Shown: in pieces, positions 52,290 through 62,545 of the stretch
How the letters are laid out: each line of letters starts with the position of its first letter
Numbering within the stretch: position 1 is the stretch's first letter
NCBI GenBank assembly: GCA_964480445.1
Contig: CAYZPB010000001.1
Location: 23,096 to 87,095, forward strand
Origin: an uncultured Bacillales bacterium
Lineage (GTDB): Bacteria > Bacillota > Bacilli > Tepidibacillales > Tepidibacillaceae
Direction of reading: 5' to 3'
Length of the DNA: 64,000 nucleotides
Position numbers and translations under genes: made by a program
Notes under the pieces: model-generated
The model's database searches: none
What the model was told of the DNA's origin: nothing
What the model saw: only the letters and a program-made list of their open reading frames with translations

Positions 52290-53217
52290 TTACCCAATCA
52301 CAGACCAGACTTTTCAGCAGACGGTTGTAGCAATAGGCTCTTTTGATGGAATCCACCTTGGACACCATAGAGTTATTAATACCGCTAGGGATTTGGCAAT
52401 TAAATTAGAGATTGAACTTGCGGTAATGATGTTTAACCCGCATCCACTTGATATTATTGATCCGTCTAATTCTTCCGAAAAGATTATGTCTATCGATAAA
52501 AGACTAAAAGAGCTTGAAAAACTTGGTGTACATACTTGTTATATTGTAAATTTTACAAAACGATTCGCAGATTTAACTGAACAAGAATTTATCCTGCAAA
52601 TACTTGCTAAGATGAATATTAAAGGTGTCGTTATAGGTTTTGACTTTCGTTATGGAAAGCAAGGAAAGGGCGATGCGACTAGCTTAAAAAAATTTGCTAA
52701 GACTAATAATTTATTTGCTGTCAAAATTGTTGAAGCCTTTCAGATTGATCAGATTAAAGTTAGTAGTTCACGAATTCGTAGTCTTTTGCTTGCTGGCAGG
52801 ATAGAGGAAGCCAATCAACTATTGGGTAGGCCTTATAATATTGAGGGATCGGTAATTAAAGGTGATCAACGTGGTAGAGAAATCGGTTATCCAACGATTA
52901 ATCTATCACTTAAAGAAGAGTATATTAAACTCTTAAAGGGTGTTTATGTAGTAAAGGTCTATATTGATGGTAGATCTTATTATGGTGTGATGAATGTAGG
53001 TAGCAGACCAACTTTTCATAATAACCCGGATGATATTACTTACGAAATACATATAATTGACTTTAATCAGGACCTTTATGGTAAGTTAATTGAAGTAGAT
53101 GTGCTAAAGTTTTTGCGTCAAGAAAAGAACTTTAATAACGTTAATCAACTTGTAACAGCAATTAAAGAAGATATCGAAGTAGCTAAAAGATACGCTTCTT
53201 TACTTTTAAATGATTAA
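52270..53217 (+). CDS. ribF: bifunctional riboflavin kinase / FMN adenylyltransferase
   Basis: GSFDGIHLGH nucleotidyltransferase motif and the kinase motif GDQRGREIGYPTIN. The ATG 52270 start is preferred over the track start 52258. Confidence 0.93.
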   Translation: MKTIEINYPITDQTFQQTVVAIGSFDGIHLGHHRVINTARDLAIKLEIELAVMMFNPHPLDIIDPSNSSEKIMSIDKRLKELEKLGVHTCYIVNFTKRFADLTEQEFILQILAKMNIKGVVIGFDFRYGKQGKGDATSLKKFAKTNNLFAVKIVEAFQIDQIKVSSSRIRSLLLAGRIEEANQLLGRPYNIEGSVIKGDQRGREIGYPTINLSLKEEYIKLLKGVYVVKVYIDGRSYYGVMNVGSRPTFHNNPDDITYEIHIIDFNQDLYGKLIEVDVLKFLRQEKNFNNVNQLVTAIKEDIEVAKRYASLLLND

Positions 53218-53219
53218 TA

Positions 53220-53228
53220 TGTTATAAT
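53220..53228 (+). promoter_or_regulatory. extended -10 promoter candidate for rpsO
   Basis: TGTTATAAT (the TGnTATAAT form) 3 nt after the ribF stop. The -35 is weak (TTACTT). Confidence 0.4.
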
Positions 53229-53338
53229 TCTGTGTGGTAGTTTGACCTTAAAAGTCAAATGCATACCCTGTACTAGGACTGACGATTCTCCAACGTTACT
53301 CTTGGTTAGGGATAAAATTAAAAAAGGAGGATATTATT
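53229..53338 (+). promoter_or_regulatory. candidate structured rpsO 5' leader (S15 autoregulation?)
   Basis: A ~100-nt leader with the TTTGAC/GTCAAA hairpin (53241-53259). CCCT (53266-53269) can pair with AGGG (53309-53312) next to the AAGGAGG SD. Confidence 0.3.
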
Positions 53339-53608
53339 ATGGCATTGTCACAAGAAAAAAAACAGGAAATTATCAAGGAATATCGCATTCATGAGAATGA
53401 TACTGGTTCGCCAGAGATTCAAATTGCAATTCTAACAGACAAAATTAATTATCTCAATGAGCATCTACGCACTCATAAAAAAGATCACCACTCGCGTCGC
53501 GGTTTGCTTAAAATGGTCGGTAGTCGTCGTCACTTACTAAATTACTTAAGAGATAATGATATAGTTCGTTATCGCAATATAATTAGTAAGCTTGGTTTAC
53601 GTAGATAG
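53339..53608 (+). CDS. rpsO: 30S ribosomal protein S15
   Basis: 89 aa with [23 protein letters not shown]...[12 protein letters not shown], the canonical S15 sequence. Confidence 0.97.
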   Translation: MALSQEKKQEIIKEYRIHENDTGSPEIQIAILTDKINYLNEHLRTHKKDHHSRRGLLKMVGSRRHLLNYLRDNDIVRYRNIISKLGLRR

Positions 53609-53619
53609 CGCTATTACTA

Positions 53620-53645
53620 AAAAGCGGGTTTACCCCGCTTTTTTA
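53620..53645 (+). terminator. intrinsic terminator after rpsO
   Basis: AAAAGCGGG-TTTAC-CCCGCTTTTTT. Confidence 0.8.
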
Positions 53646-53693
53646 AATACCTAAAGATATCTAAATATCTTTACGAGGGAGTTGTTTTATTTA

Positions 53694-55799
53694 ATGGGGA
53701 AAAAGATATATGAATACAAACTAAATGATAAAAAGATTACTTTTGAAATTGGAGATCTCGCCAAACAAGCTAACGCATCAGTCCTTGTTCGATATGAGGA
53801 TTCAGTTGTACTTGTAGCTGTAACGGGGTCAAACGAACCTAAAGACCTTAATTTCTTTCCACTTACTGTAAATTATGAAGAGCGACTTTACGCGGTTGGT
53901 AAAATTCCAGGTGGTTTCATCAAAAGAGAAGCACGCCCAAGTGAGAAAGCAATACTTGCTTCTCGATTAATAGACCGTCCAATCAGACCTTTGTTTCCAG
54001 AGGGTTTCCGCAATGAAGTAATGGTAGTAGCAACAGTTTTATCTGTCGACCAAGATGCGTCAACTGAAATTGCGGCTATGCTGGGTACTTCGCTTGCATT
54101 GTCACTGTCAGATATTCCTTTTGCGGGGCCGATTGCTGGTGTTGAGGTTGGTTATGTAAATGATAAGTTTATTCTCAACCCGAATGTTGAAGAGAATGAA
54201 GAAAGCCAAATTAAGCTAACAGTTGCTGGTACTAAACATGGAGTAAACATGGTTGAAGCTGGAGCTAACGTAGTCTCAGAAGAATTAATGCTTGAAGCGA
54301 TATTATTTGGACATGATGAAATTAAAAAACTTGTAAAATTCCTAGAAGAAATTGTAGCTGAGAACGGCAAAACTAAGCGTGCGGTAGAACTATACGCGAT
54401 TGACGCAGAGATAAAAAATGCCGTTAGCGAATATGCGGAGAATAAATTAGTTAAAGCAATACAGATTAAAGAGAAACTTGAAAGAGAAAGTGCAATTGAT
54501 GAAATTAATTCGGATACATTAGATAATTTTGCAGAAAAGTATGAGGATCAGATTGGACAGGTAAAAGAGTCTTTAGATGAAATCCTACGCGATGAGGTAC
54601 GTAGACTGATTGTAGAGGAAAATATTCGCCCAGACTGGAGAAAACCTGATGAAATTCGTCCTATTTCGACTGCTGTTGCTATTTTGCCAAGACCACATGG
54701 CTCAGGTCTTTTTACGCGCGGACAGACACAAGCTCTTAGCGTCTGCACACTTGGTGTCTTAGCTGATATGCAACGGCTTGATGGCCTAGATTTAGAAGAA
54801 AGAAAACGATTTATGCACCATTATAATTTTCCGCCATACAGTGTTGGTGAAGCAAGACCGATGCGTGGACCTGGAAGAAGAGAGATTGGACATGGTGCTT
54901 TAGGTGAAAAGGCACTAGATCCTGTTATTCCAGCCGAAGATGATTTTCCGTACACAATTCGTATAGTCTCTGAAGTGTTAGAATCAAATGGTTCATCTTC
55001 ACAAGCGAGCATTTGTGCGAGCTCACTTGCTTTAATGCAAGCTGGGGTGCCAATTAAAGCACCAGTAGCAGGAATTGCAATGGGACTTATAAAAGAAAAG
55101 GACAAAATGACAATTCTTACAGATATTCAGGGACTAGAGGACTATTTAGGTGATATGGACTTTAAAGTAGCTGGAACATCTGATGGTATAACAGCTTTAC
55201 AAATGGATATAAAGATTGACGATATTAGTCGCGAGATTTTAGAGGCATCACTTGAACAGGCGAAAAAGGGCAGATTATTTATTCTGGACAAAATGAGTGA
55301 AACTATTAAAGAGCCAAGCTCTGAACTCTCTGAATATGCACCTAAGATTATTACAATGCAGATTGATCCTGATAAAATTCGAGATGTTATCGGACCAAGC
55401 GGTCGGATAATTAATCAGATCATCGATGATACAGGAGTAAAAATAGATATTGAACAGACCGGGCATGTTTATATTGCATCTCTTGATTCTAAAATGAACC
55501 AGAAAGCCAAAGAGATTATTGAGAACCTAGTAAGAGAACCGGTAGTTGGGGAAACTTACCTAGGGACGGTAAAAAGAATTGAAAAGTTCGGTGCTTTTGT
55601 GGAGATTTTCTCAGGTAAAGAGGGTTTGGTTCATATTTCGCAGCTAGATAATAACCGGGTAGAAAATGTCGAAGATATTGTTAAGGTTGGAGATTCAATA
55701 ATGGTCAAACTAACTGAAGTTGATAATCAGGGTCGCCTCAACCTATCAAGAAAAGCAGCTTTACAGGATAAGGCTTCTGAGAACTCAGACAAGAAGTAG
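53694..55799 (+). CDS. pnp: polyribonucleotide nucleotidyltransferase (PNPase)
   Basis: Two RNase PH domains ([21 protein letters not shown]; [10 protein letters not shown]), a KH domain, and an S1 domain ([19 protein letters not shown]). The ATG 53694 start is preferred over the track TTG 53682, which abuts the SD. Confidence 0.97.
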   Translation: MGKKIYEYKLNDKKITFEIGDLAKQANASVLVRYEDSVVLVAVTGSNEPKDLNFFPLTVNYEERLYAVGKIPGGFIKREARPSEKAILASRLIDRPIRPLFPEGFRNEVMVVATVLSVDQDASTEIAAMLGTSLALSLSDIPFAGPIAGVEVGYVNDKFILNPNVEENEESQIKLTVAGTKHGVNMVEAGANVVSEELMLEAILFGHDEIKKLVKFLEEIVAENGKTKRAVELYAIDAEIKNAVSEYAENKLVKAIQIKEKLERESAIDEINSDTLDNFAEKYEDQIGQVKESLDEILRDEVRRLIVEENIRPDWRKPDEIRPISTAVAILPRPHGSGLFTRGQTQALSVCTLGVLADMQRLDGLDLEERKRFMHHYNFPPYSVGEARPMRGPGRREIGHGALGEKALDPVIPAEDDFPYTIRIVSEVLESNGSSSQASICASSLALMQAGVPIKAPVAGIAMGLIKEKDKMTILTDIQGLEDYLGDMDFKVAGTSDGITALQMDIKIDDISREILEASLEQAKKGRLFILDKMSETIKEPSSELSEYAPKIITMQIDPDKIRDVIGPSGRIINQIIDDTGVKIDIEQTGHVYIASLDSKMNQKAKEIIENLVREPVVGETYLGTVKRIEKFGAFVEIFSGKEGLVHISQLDNNRVENVEDIVKVGDSIMVKLTEVDNQGRLNLSRKAALQDKASENSDKK

Positions 55800-55803
55800 T
55801 CTT

Positions 55804-55837
55804 AAAAAGTCAGGTTAAATTATCTGGCTTTTTCTTT
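55804..55837 (+). terminator. intrinsic terminator after pnp
   Basis: AAAAAGTCAG / CTGGCTTTTT stem (one G-U pair) with a 10-nt loop, followed by a T-rich tract. Confidence 0.6.
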
Positions 55838-55920
55838 ATTCTTGCACCCAAGCAATTGAGAATTATTATAAAATTTGATATATTTAAATGTATTATAAAT
55901 GCATGATTCGGAGGAAGTTG

Positions 55921-57186
55921 ATGATTGTTCAACATAAACTTGATAATGGTATACGTGTAGTAGTTGAAAGAATTTCCGATGTTCGCTCTGTAGCGGTAGG
56001 TGTCTGGATCAATACGGGTTCGCGTTATGAATCTGCAGATATCAATGGAGTCTCACATTTTATCGAGCATCTTTTATTTAAGGGCACTAAAAACCGTAAT
56101 GCAAAAGAGATTGCTGAGACGATCGAGAAAATTGGCGGGCAGCTCAATGCTTTTACGTCAAAAGAGTATACATGTTTCCTTACACGGGTGATGGATCAAC
56201 ATATTGAGATTGGTCTTGATTTATTGTCTGATATGCTTTTTAACTCCTTGTTGATTGAGGAGGAGATAGATCGTGAAAGAAACGTTGTCTTAGAGGAAAT
56301 TAGAATGTATGAGGACACCCCAGACGACCAAATTCATGACCTTATCTCTGCTTGCTCTTATGATGGTAACTCACTTGGCTATTCAGTTCTTGGGCAGGAA
56401 AAAGCTTTACATAATTTAACTAGAGAGAAAATCATTAATTATATGCAACACCAATATAATTTATCAAATATAGTTATATCAATAGCAGGAAATGTAGATA
56501 GCAATATAATCGATTTAGTCAGAGAATATTTTAGTCGATCTGGATATGATGGAGTGCAGAACAGTCCAAGTCCAGCCGTTTTTGCTGGTAATCTATTATT
56601 AAAAGAAAAAAATACTGAGCAAGTGCATATAGCATTGGCTTTTCCGGGCTTAGCAGTTAATAGTGATTCGATTTATGCATTAAATTTGTTGAATAACTTT
56701 TTTGGTGCTAGCATGAGTTCAAGACTATTCCAGGAAGTGCGTGAAAAACGTGGCTTAGCTTATTCTGTCTTTTCTTATCACTCAGCCTATAAGGATACTG
56801 GCCAATTTACTATCTATGCTGGGACTAATCCGGAGAACATCAGTGAGTTAATAGAAGTAGTTTACGAGGTAATTAGTAAAGCGCTAATTGAGGAAATCAC
56901 CGAAGAGGAAATTACGAAGGGCAAAGAACAGATGAAAGGCGCATTGGTACTAAGTTTAGAGAACACAGCTAGCCGAATGATTACACTCGGTAGAAATGAA
57001 ATACTGCAGAAAAAACATTTAGAAATGGACGAGATTATTAATAAAATTGAAGCAATAAGCCTGGATGAATTCAATAAAACCTTACACAATATTTTTGAGA
57101 ACAACCATTCAGCAGCTCTAATTGGACCTATCTCAACATTGCCTAACGTTTTAAGGAGTGATAAGTTTGCACGTGGTAAAAATTAA
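55921..57186 (+). CDS. mlpA: M16-family (insulinase-like) zinc peptidase
   Basis: HxxEH motif [11 protein letters not shown] and downstream [17 protein letters not shown] 55921 follows GGAGGAAG; the track start is 55888. It occupies the same slot as B. subtilis mlpA/ymxG after pnp. Confidence 0.85.
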   Translation: MIVQHKLDNGIRVVVERISDVRSVAVGVWINTGSRYESADINGVSHFIEHLLFKGTKNRNAKEIAETIEKIGGQLNAFTSKEYTCFLTRVMDQHIEIGLDLLSDMLFNSLLIEEEIDRERNVVLEEIRMYEDTPDDQIHDLISACSYDGNSLGYSVLGQEKALHNLTREKIINYMQHQYNLSNIVISIAGNVDSNIIDLVREYFSRSGYDGVQNSPSPAVFAGNLLLKEKNTEQVHIALAFPGLAVNSDSIYALNLLNNFFGASMSSRLFQEVREKRGLAYSVFSYHSAYKDTGQFTIYAGTNPENISELIEVVYEVISKALIEEITEEEITKGKEQMKGALVLSLENTASRMITLGRNEILQKKHLEMDEIINKIEAISLDEFNKTLHNIFENNHSAALIGPISTLPNVLRSDKFARGKN

Positions 57187-57610
57187 AAGAATTGATAAAA
57201 AAGGCGACTTACCACTACCAACGAAAATGTCGGAAGGAGCAAGTGGCTATGATTTGTATGCTGCGATAGATGAGAATATAACATTAGAACCTAAAGAAAT
57301 TGTTTTAATTCCGACGGGGTTTTCTTTAGAGATTCCAATAGGTTTTGAGGCACAAATAAGACCACGAAGTGGCCTTTCATTAAAATACGGAATATCTCTA
57401 GTCAATACTCCTGGTACAATTGACGCAGACTACCGAGGTGAAGTAAAACTTATTGTAATTAACCATGGCCAAAAAGCTTTTATAATTAGCCGTGGTGACA
57501 GGCTTGCACAAATGGTGTTCGTAAAGTTACCGACGATTCAGTTGCTTGAAGACAACGACCTAAGTGCAACTGAAAGAGATGTTGGTGGCTTTGGACATAC
57601 AGGTTTGTAG
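57167..57610 (+). CDS. dut: dUTP diphosphatase
   Basis: [31 protein letters not shown] and GGFGHTG motifs. The TTG 57167 start lies 8 nt after AAGGAG. It overlaps the 3' end of the peptidase gene. Confidence 0.9.
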   Translation: MHVVKIKRIDKKGDLPLPTKMSEGASGYDLYAAIDENITLEPKEIVLIPTGFSLEIPIGFEAQIRPRSGLSLKYGISLVNTPGTIDADYRGEVKLIVINHGQKAFIISRGDRLAQMVFVKLPTIQLLEDNDLSATERDVGGFGHTGL

Positions 57611-57652
57611 ATAAAATTATTTAATAAATCATTGCATTAGGAGGCTTGCATA

Positions 57653-58693
57653 ATGGAAAAGAAAGCAAAGTATAATGTTGCGATTGTAGGTGCTACAGGT
57701 GTTGTCGGCTCCAATATCTTAAAATTGTTAGAAGAACGAAAGTTTCCAATAAACTCAATTAAATTGCTGTCATCTGCGCGCTCAAAAGGAATAATAATTA
57801 AGTTTAAGGGTAAAGATGTAGTGGTCGAAGAGGCTACTAAAGATAGTTTTAAAGAAATCGATATTGCCTTTTTTAGCGCCGGCAGTGGTGTCAGCAAAAA
57901 TCTAGTCAAACATGCAGTTAAAGCTGGAGCTACTGTGATTGACAATACAAGCGCCTTTCGTATGGACGAAGATATTCCTTTGATTGTCCCTGAGGTTAAC
58001 CCTGAGGCACTAAAAGAAAATAAAGGTATAATTGCTAACCCAAACTGTTCTACTATACAGATGGTTGTTGCACTTAAACCAATTTATGACAAGTTTGGTA
58101 TTCGACGAATTGTTGTATCGACCTACCAAGCAGTATCAGGGGCGGGGACCGCAGCAATCGAAGAGACTATTCAGCAGAGCAAGCAAGTGCTTAATAATGA
58201 CCGAATCAACATGAATATTCTGCCCGTTGCTTCTTTGCCTGTAAAGAAACAAATTGCATTTAATGCTATACCACAAATTGATCAGTTCGCAGATAACGGT
58301 TTTACACTAGAGGAATTAAAAATGATTAATGAAACCAAGAAGATTTTTGCTGATGATAGTATTAAAATTACTGCGACCTGTGTAAGGGTACCGGTAATCT
58401 ACGGTCATTCTGAATCTATATATCTAGAGTTAGATAGAGATTTTACAATTGAAGAGATTAGAGATTTACTGGCTGATGCCCCAGGAGTGGTCTTAATGGA
58501 CAATCCGAGTGCTCAGGAATATCCTACTGCAGTTGAGACCGCTGGTAAGTTACCAGTTTTTGTTGGTCGGGTTCGAAGAGACCTTGACTGTAAACGAGGC
58601 CTTAGTCTTTGGGTTGTAACTGATAATCTTATTAAGGGCGCAGCTTGGAATACTGTACAAATCGCTGAGTTGATTGCCAATGATGCCAAATAA
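57653..58693 (+). CDS. asd: aspartate-semialdehyde dehydrogenase
   Basis: NADP motif VGATGVVG and the active-site Cys motif IANPNCSTIQMV. Confidence 0.95.
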   Translation: MEKKAKYNVAIVGATGVVGSNILKLLEERKFPINSIKLLSSARSKGIIIKFKGKDVVVEEATKDSFKEIDIAFFSAGSGVSKNLVKHAVKAGATVIDNTSAFRMDEDIPLIVPEVNPEALKENKGIIANPNCSTIQMVVALKPIYDKFGIRRIVVSTYQAVSGAGTAAIEETIQQSKQVLNNDRINMNILPVASLPVKKQIAFNAIPQIDQFADNGFTLEELKMINETKKIFADDSIKITATCVRVPVIYGHSESIYLELDRDFTIEEIRDLLADAPGVVLMDNPSAQEYPTAVETAGKLPVFVGRVRRDLDCKRGLSLWVVTDNLIKGAAWNTVQIAELIANDAK

Positions 58694-59912
58694 AAAGATT
58701 ATAATTCAGAAATATGGTGGTTCTTCATTAATTAATTTAGGGACCCGTGAAAAGGTGATTTCCCATATTAAGAGCGGTTTAAATGAAGGTTATAAATTGG
58801 TAATCGTTGTTTCTGCGATGGGACGAGCAGGGGATCCTTATGCTACTGATACCTTAATTGAACATATCCAACGTAACGGCAACAACTTGAAGGAGCGTGA
58901 GCTGGATCTATTGTTAAGCTGTGGCGAGATTGTTTCAGCCACAACTTTAAGTAGTATGCTTAATGCTAGAAAAGTTGAGAATACAGTACTAACTGGCGGT
59001 CAGGCCGGAATTATTACAGATTTGAATTTTACTAATGCAAAAATAAAGAGAGTGGATACCACACGTATTCTAAAAGAGCTAGAAAAATACGACGTAGTAA
59101 TTGTTGCTGGTTTTCAAGGAGTTACAGAAAATGGTGATATTACAACTTTAGGGCGTGGTGGGTCAGATACAACGGCCACAGCTTTAGGCGTTGCACTTGC
59201 AGCTGATTTTGTTGATATATTCACTGATGTTTTAGGGATTATGTCAGCAGACCCACAGATTGTAAAGAATGCGGAAAGACTTTCAGTGATTACATATGAA
59301 GAAATTTGCAACCTGACAAATCACGGTGCAAAAATAATCCATCCGCGCGCTGTTGAAATTGCAATGCAAAAAAACATTCCAATTCGTGTTCGTTCAACCT
59401 TTGATAAAAGTGCTGGAACAGTGGTAACTGCAAAAGGTTTTCTTAAAGAGTATAGTGTAGATACAGTTAATAGTGATAGAATAATAACAGGTATAACTTC
59501 AACTTCTGATTTGGTACAAGTAAAAATCAATCTTGATAATATAACTAGTAGTGAACAAATATCGTTTTTTAAAGTATTAGCCGATAATCAGATAGCTATC
59601 GATTTCATTAATGTAGCTACAAACGAGGTAACCTTTACTGTTGTGAGAAATGATCTTGCACGACTTGGTGAAATTTTATCTAAAGAAGCTTACAGACCGA
59701 TATTTCGCGAGAATTGTGCAAAGGTTTCGATAGTAGGAGCTGGCATCGCTGGTGCACCAGGTTTAATGGTACAAATCAGTGAGATACTAAATAAAGAGTA
59801 TGTTGAGATTATTCAGTCAAGTGATTCACATACTTCGATTGGAATTTTAATTAACACAGTTGATTTATCGAAAACGATTAACGCGTTACATGCTAAATTT
59901 TATGTTATGTGA
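58680..59912 (+). CDS. dapG: aspartate kinase (monofunctional, DapG-like)
   Basis: KYGGSSL, VVSAMG, LGRGGSDTTA and two C-terminal ACT-like domains. The start is ambiguous (TTG 58674, ATG 58680 or ATG 58683). It overlaps the asd 3' end. Confidence 0.9.
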   Translation: MMPNKKIIIQKYGGSSLINLGTREKVISHIKSGLNEGYKLVIVVSAMGRAGDPYATDTLIEHIQRNGNNLKERELDLLLSCGEIVSATTLSSMLNARKVENTVLTGGQAGIITDLNFTNAKIKRVDTTRILKELEKYDVVIVAGFQGVTENGDITTLGRGGSDTTATALGVALAADFVDIFTDVLGIMSADPQIVKNAERLSVITYEEICNLTNHGAKIIHPRAVEIAMQKNIPIRVRSTFDKSAGTVVTAKGFLKEYSVDTVNSDRIITGITSTSDLVQVKINLDNITSSEQISFFKVLADNQIAIDFINVATNEVTFTVVRNDLARLGEILSKEAYRPIFRENCAKVSIVGAGIAGAPGLMVQISEILNKEYVEIIQSSDSHTSIGILINTVDLSKTINALHAKFYVM

Positions 59913-59923
59913 GGAGTGAAGAG

Positions 59924-60802
59924 ATGAATTTTGGTAGGTTAATGACTGCTATGGTGACACCTTTTAATGATAACTTAGAAATTGACTATGATGTTTTAGC
60001 TCAATTAGTAGAACATTTAATTGAAACAAAAACTGAAACAATTGTTGTTTCAGGAACAACAGGTGAATCACCGACATTATCTGATGAGGAAAAACTAGCC
60101 TTGTTTACTGAGGTAGTTAGGCTTGCACAAGGTAGAGTTAAAGTAATTGCTGGAACTGGATCAAATGACACTAGTAAGACTATTCTTTTTACTAAAGAAG
60201 CGGAAAAAACCGGTGTTGATGGTTTTATGCTGGTCACTCCATATTACAATAGGCCTTCACAGGAAGGATTATATAATCATTTTAAAGCAGCGGCTGCTGC
60301 TACAGAATTACCAATAATGATTTATAACATTCCGAGCAGGGCGGGAGTTAATATAACTGCGCAGACAATTATCAAGCTTGCAGAAATTGATAATATTTTT
60401 GCGGTTAAAGAAGCGAGCGGCGATATCGTACAGATCAGTGAGATTATTAAGTATACAGCTAATGATTTTTATCTGTATAGTGGGGATGATAAATTTAATT
60501 TAGCAGCACTTGCAGTTGGTGGATACGGATGTGTTAGTGTAGCGAGCCACGTAGTCGGAAATCAAATTAGCAAAATGACTAACGACTACTTACAAAATGA
60601 TGTGACAAGTGCCGCAGCGACTCATATAAAGTTAATAAATTTATTTGAAGCGATATTTATTACTTCGAATCCATCGCCGATTAAGGAGTTATTGATCCAG
60701 AACGGAATAAACGTTGGTGGTGTAAGGCCGCCGTTGATGAGTGTTAATGCCGAACAAGCGAATTTATTACGTGCGGTTTATAAAAAAGCCACAGTGTTAT
60801 AA
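59924..60802 (+). CDS. dapA: 4-hydroxy-tetrahydrodipicolinate synthase
   Basis: MTAMVTPF, VSGTTGESPTLS, YNIPSRAGV and a Schiff-base Lys region (AVKEASGD). ATG 59924 follows GAGGAG. Confidence 0.95.
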   Translation: MNFGRLMTAMVTPFNDNLEIDYDVLAQLVEHLIETKTETIVVSGTTGESPTLSDEEKLALFTEVVRLAQGRVKVIAGTGSNDTSKTILFTKEAEKTGVDGFMLVTPYYNRPSQEGLYNHFKAAAAATELPIMIYNIPSRAGVNITAQTIIKLAEIDNIFAVKEASGDIVQISEIIKYTANDFYLYSGDDKFNLAALAVGGYGCVSVASHVVGNQISKMTNDYLQNDVTSAAATHIKLINLFEAIFITSNPSPIKELLIQNGINVGGVRPPLMSVNAEQANLLRAVYKKATVL

Positions 60803-60839
60803 ATAAATTGAATAATAGAAAATATGAGGGGATGAAAAA

Positions 60840-62513
60840 TTGGATAAAAGTAAGGGAAAGCTTAAATTTTATGCTTTGGGCGGACTGGGAGAAATAGGAA
60901 AAAATATGTATGTCATTGAATATGAAGATGACATTGTTATTGTTGATGCCGGGCTTAAATTTCCTGAAGAGGATCTGTTAGGAATTGATATCGTAATACC
61001 CGATATCTCATACCTAATAGAAAATAAAGATAAGGTAAGAGGTATATTCTTAACACATGGACATGAGGACCACATAGGTGCAATTAGCTATATTTTAAGA
61101 GAGATTCAAATGCCGATTTATGGCACTAGACTTACACTTGGTTTGCTTGAGGGCAAGCTGAGTGAGGCGAAAATTTTGAAACAAGCAAAGTTACAGGTAA
61201 TCGACTCAGATTCTGAAATAAAACTTGGAGTGTTTACAGTTTCATTTTTTAAAACTAATCACAGTGTTCCCGGTTCCGTTGGAGTTGTTATAGATACACC
61301 TGAAGGTGTCGTTGTACAAACCGGCGATTTTAAATTTGATTTTACGCCAGTGGATGGACAAATGCCTGATATTCGCAAGATGGCCGCAATTGGCGAAAAG
61401 GGTGTATTATTACTATTGTCCGATAGCACAAATTCAGAGCGAGAAGGCTATACTCTCTCTGAACGTTTGGTTGGTGAATCATTAATTGAAGTATTTAGAA
61501 AGGCAGAACAACGTATAATCGTTGCAACTTTTGCATCAAATATCCACAGAATTCAGCAGGTTGTTGATGCTGCTTGCACTTTTGAGAAAAAACTCGTTAT
61601 TGTTGGTCGCAGCATGATTAACGTAATTGGAATTGGGCGCGAACTTGGTTATTTACACATACCTGAGGATATGATTGTTGATATTAACGATATAAATAAA
61701 TTCCCTCTAAATGAGGTGGTTATTTTATCTACAGGTAGTCAAGGTGAACCAATGTCAGCATTAGCTCGAATGGCTCGGGGAAATCATCGTCAGATTGATA
61801 TTTTGCCTGGGGATACAGTTATTCTTTCAGCGACACCGATTCCTGGAAATGAAAAGTCAGTTGCTAAAACTGTGGACCAATTATTTAAGATTGGCGCTAA
61901 CGTAATCTATGGTGGTAATTCTAACTATCTTGTTCATGTATCTGGACATGCTAGTCAAGAAGAGTTGAAATTAATGTTAAGTTTAATGAAACCAAAGTAT
62001 TTTATCCCAGTACATGGGGAGTATAGAATGCTAAAAATCCATGCAGACCTAGCTGAAACAATGGGTATGGATCGAAAAAATATATTTATTCTTGATAATG
62101 GCGATACGGTTGAAATTTCTAAAGGGGTTGCAAAGCGCGGTTCTAAGGTTCAAACCGGCAGTATCTTGGTTGACGGCTTAGGTGTTGGTGATGTCGGCAA
62201 TATCGTTTTACGTGATCGTCGTTTGCTTTCACAAGACGGAATTCTAGTTGTAGTCGTCACCTTAGGCAAAGGCACCAACAAGATACTCTCTGGACCTGAC
62301 ATTATTTCACGCGGTTTTGTATATGTACGCGAAGCTGAAAAATTGCTAGACGAAGCAAACCGCGTTGTCGCCAAGACAATAAATAGACTGCTCGATGAAA
62401 ATATTACTGAATGGTCAGTAATAAAAAATGATGTGCGAGATGATTTAAGTAAGTTTCTATTTGAGAAGACTCGTCGAAGACCGATGATTTTACCGATAAT
62501 TATGGAGGTATAA
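60840..62513 (+). CDS. rnj: ribonuclease J
   Basis: Metallo-beta-lactamase motif THGHEDHIGA, a beta-CASP domain, and HVSGHASQEEL. TTG start after GAGGGG. Confidence 0.93.
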   Translation: MDKSKGKLKFYALGGLGEIGKNMYVIEYEDDIVIVDAGLKFPEEDLLGIDIVIPDISYLIENKDKVRGIFLTHGHEDHIGAISYILREIQMPIYGTRLTLGLLEGKLSEAKILKQAKLQVIDSDSEIKLGVFTVSFFKTNHSVPGSVGVVIDTPEGVVVQTGDFKFDFTPVDGQMPDIRKMAAIGEKGVLLLLSDSTNSEREGYTLSERLVGESLIEVFRKAEQRIIVATFASNIHRIQQVVDAACTFEKKLVIVGRSMINVIGIGRELGYLHIPEDMIVDINDINKFPLNEVVILSTGSQGEPMSALARMARGNHRQIDILPGDTVILSATPIPGNEKSVAKTVDQLFKIGANVIYGGNSNYLVHVSGHASQEELKLMLSLMKPKYFIPVHGEYRMLKIHADLAETMGMDRKNIFILDNGDTVEISKGVAKRGSKVQTGSILVDGLGVGDVGNIVLRDRRLLSQDGILVVVVTLGKGTNKILSGPDIISRGFVYVREAEKLLDEANRVVAKTINRLLDENITEWSVIKNDVRDDLSKFLFEKTRRRPMILPIIMEV

Positions 62514-62545
62514 TCAGACAACAATAAGATAATTGGGTGAAATTA

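Noticed and set aside
57637-57945. 102-aa minus-strand ORF opposite the asd 5' region
   Set aside because: It fully overlaps the asd NADP-binding domain on the opposite strand and has no motifs, so it is a shadow ORF.
60664-60672. TTCGAATCC, a tRNA T-loop-like string
   Set aside because: It lies in frame inside dapA (TSNPS). I could not build a flanking acceptor or anticodon stem, so it is not a tRNA.
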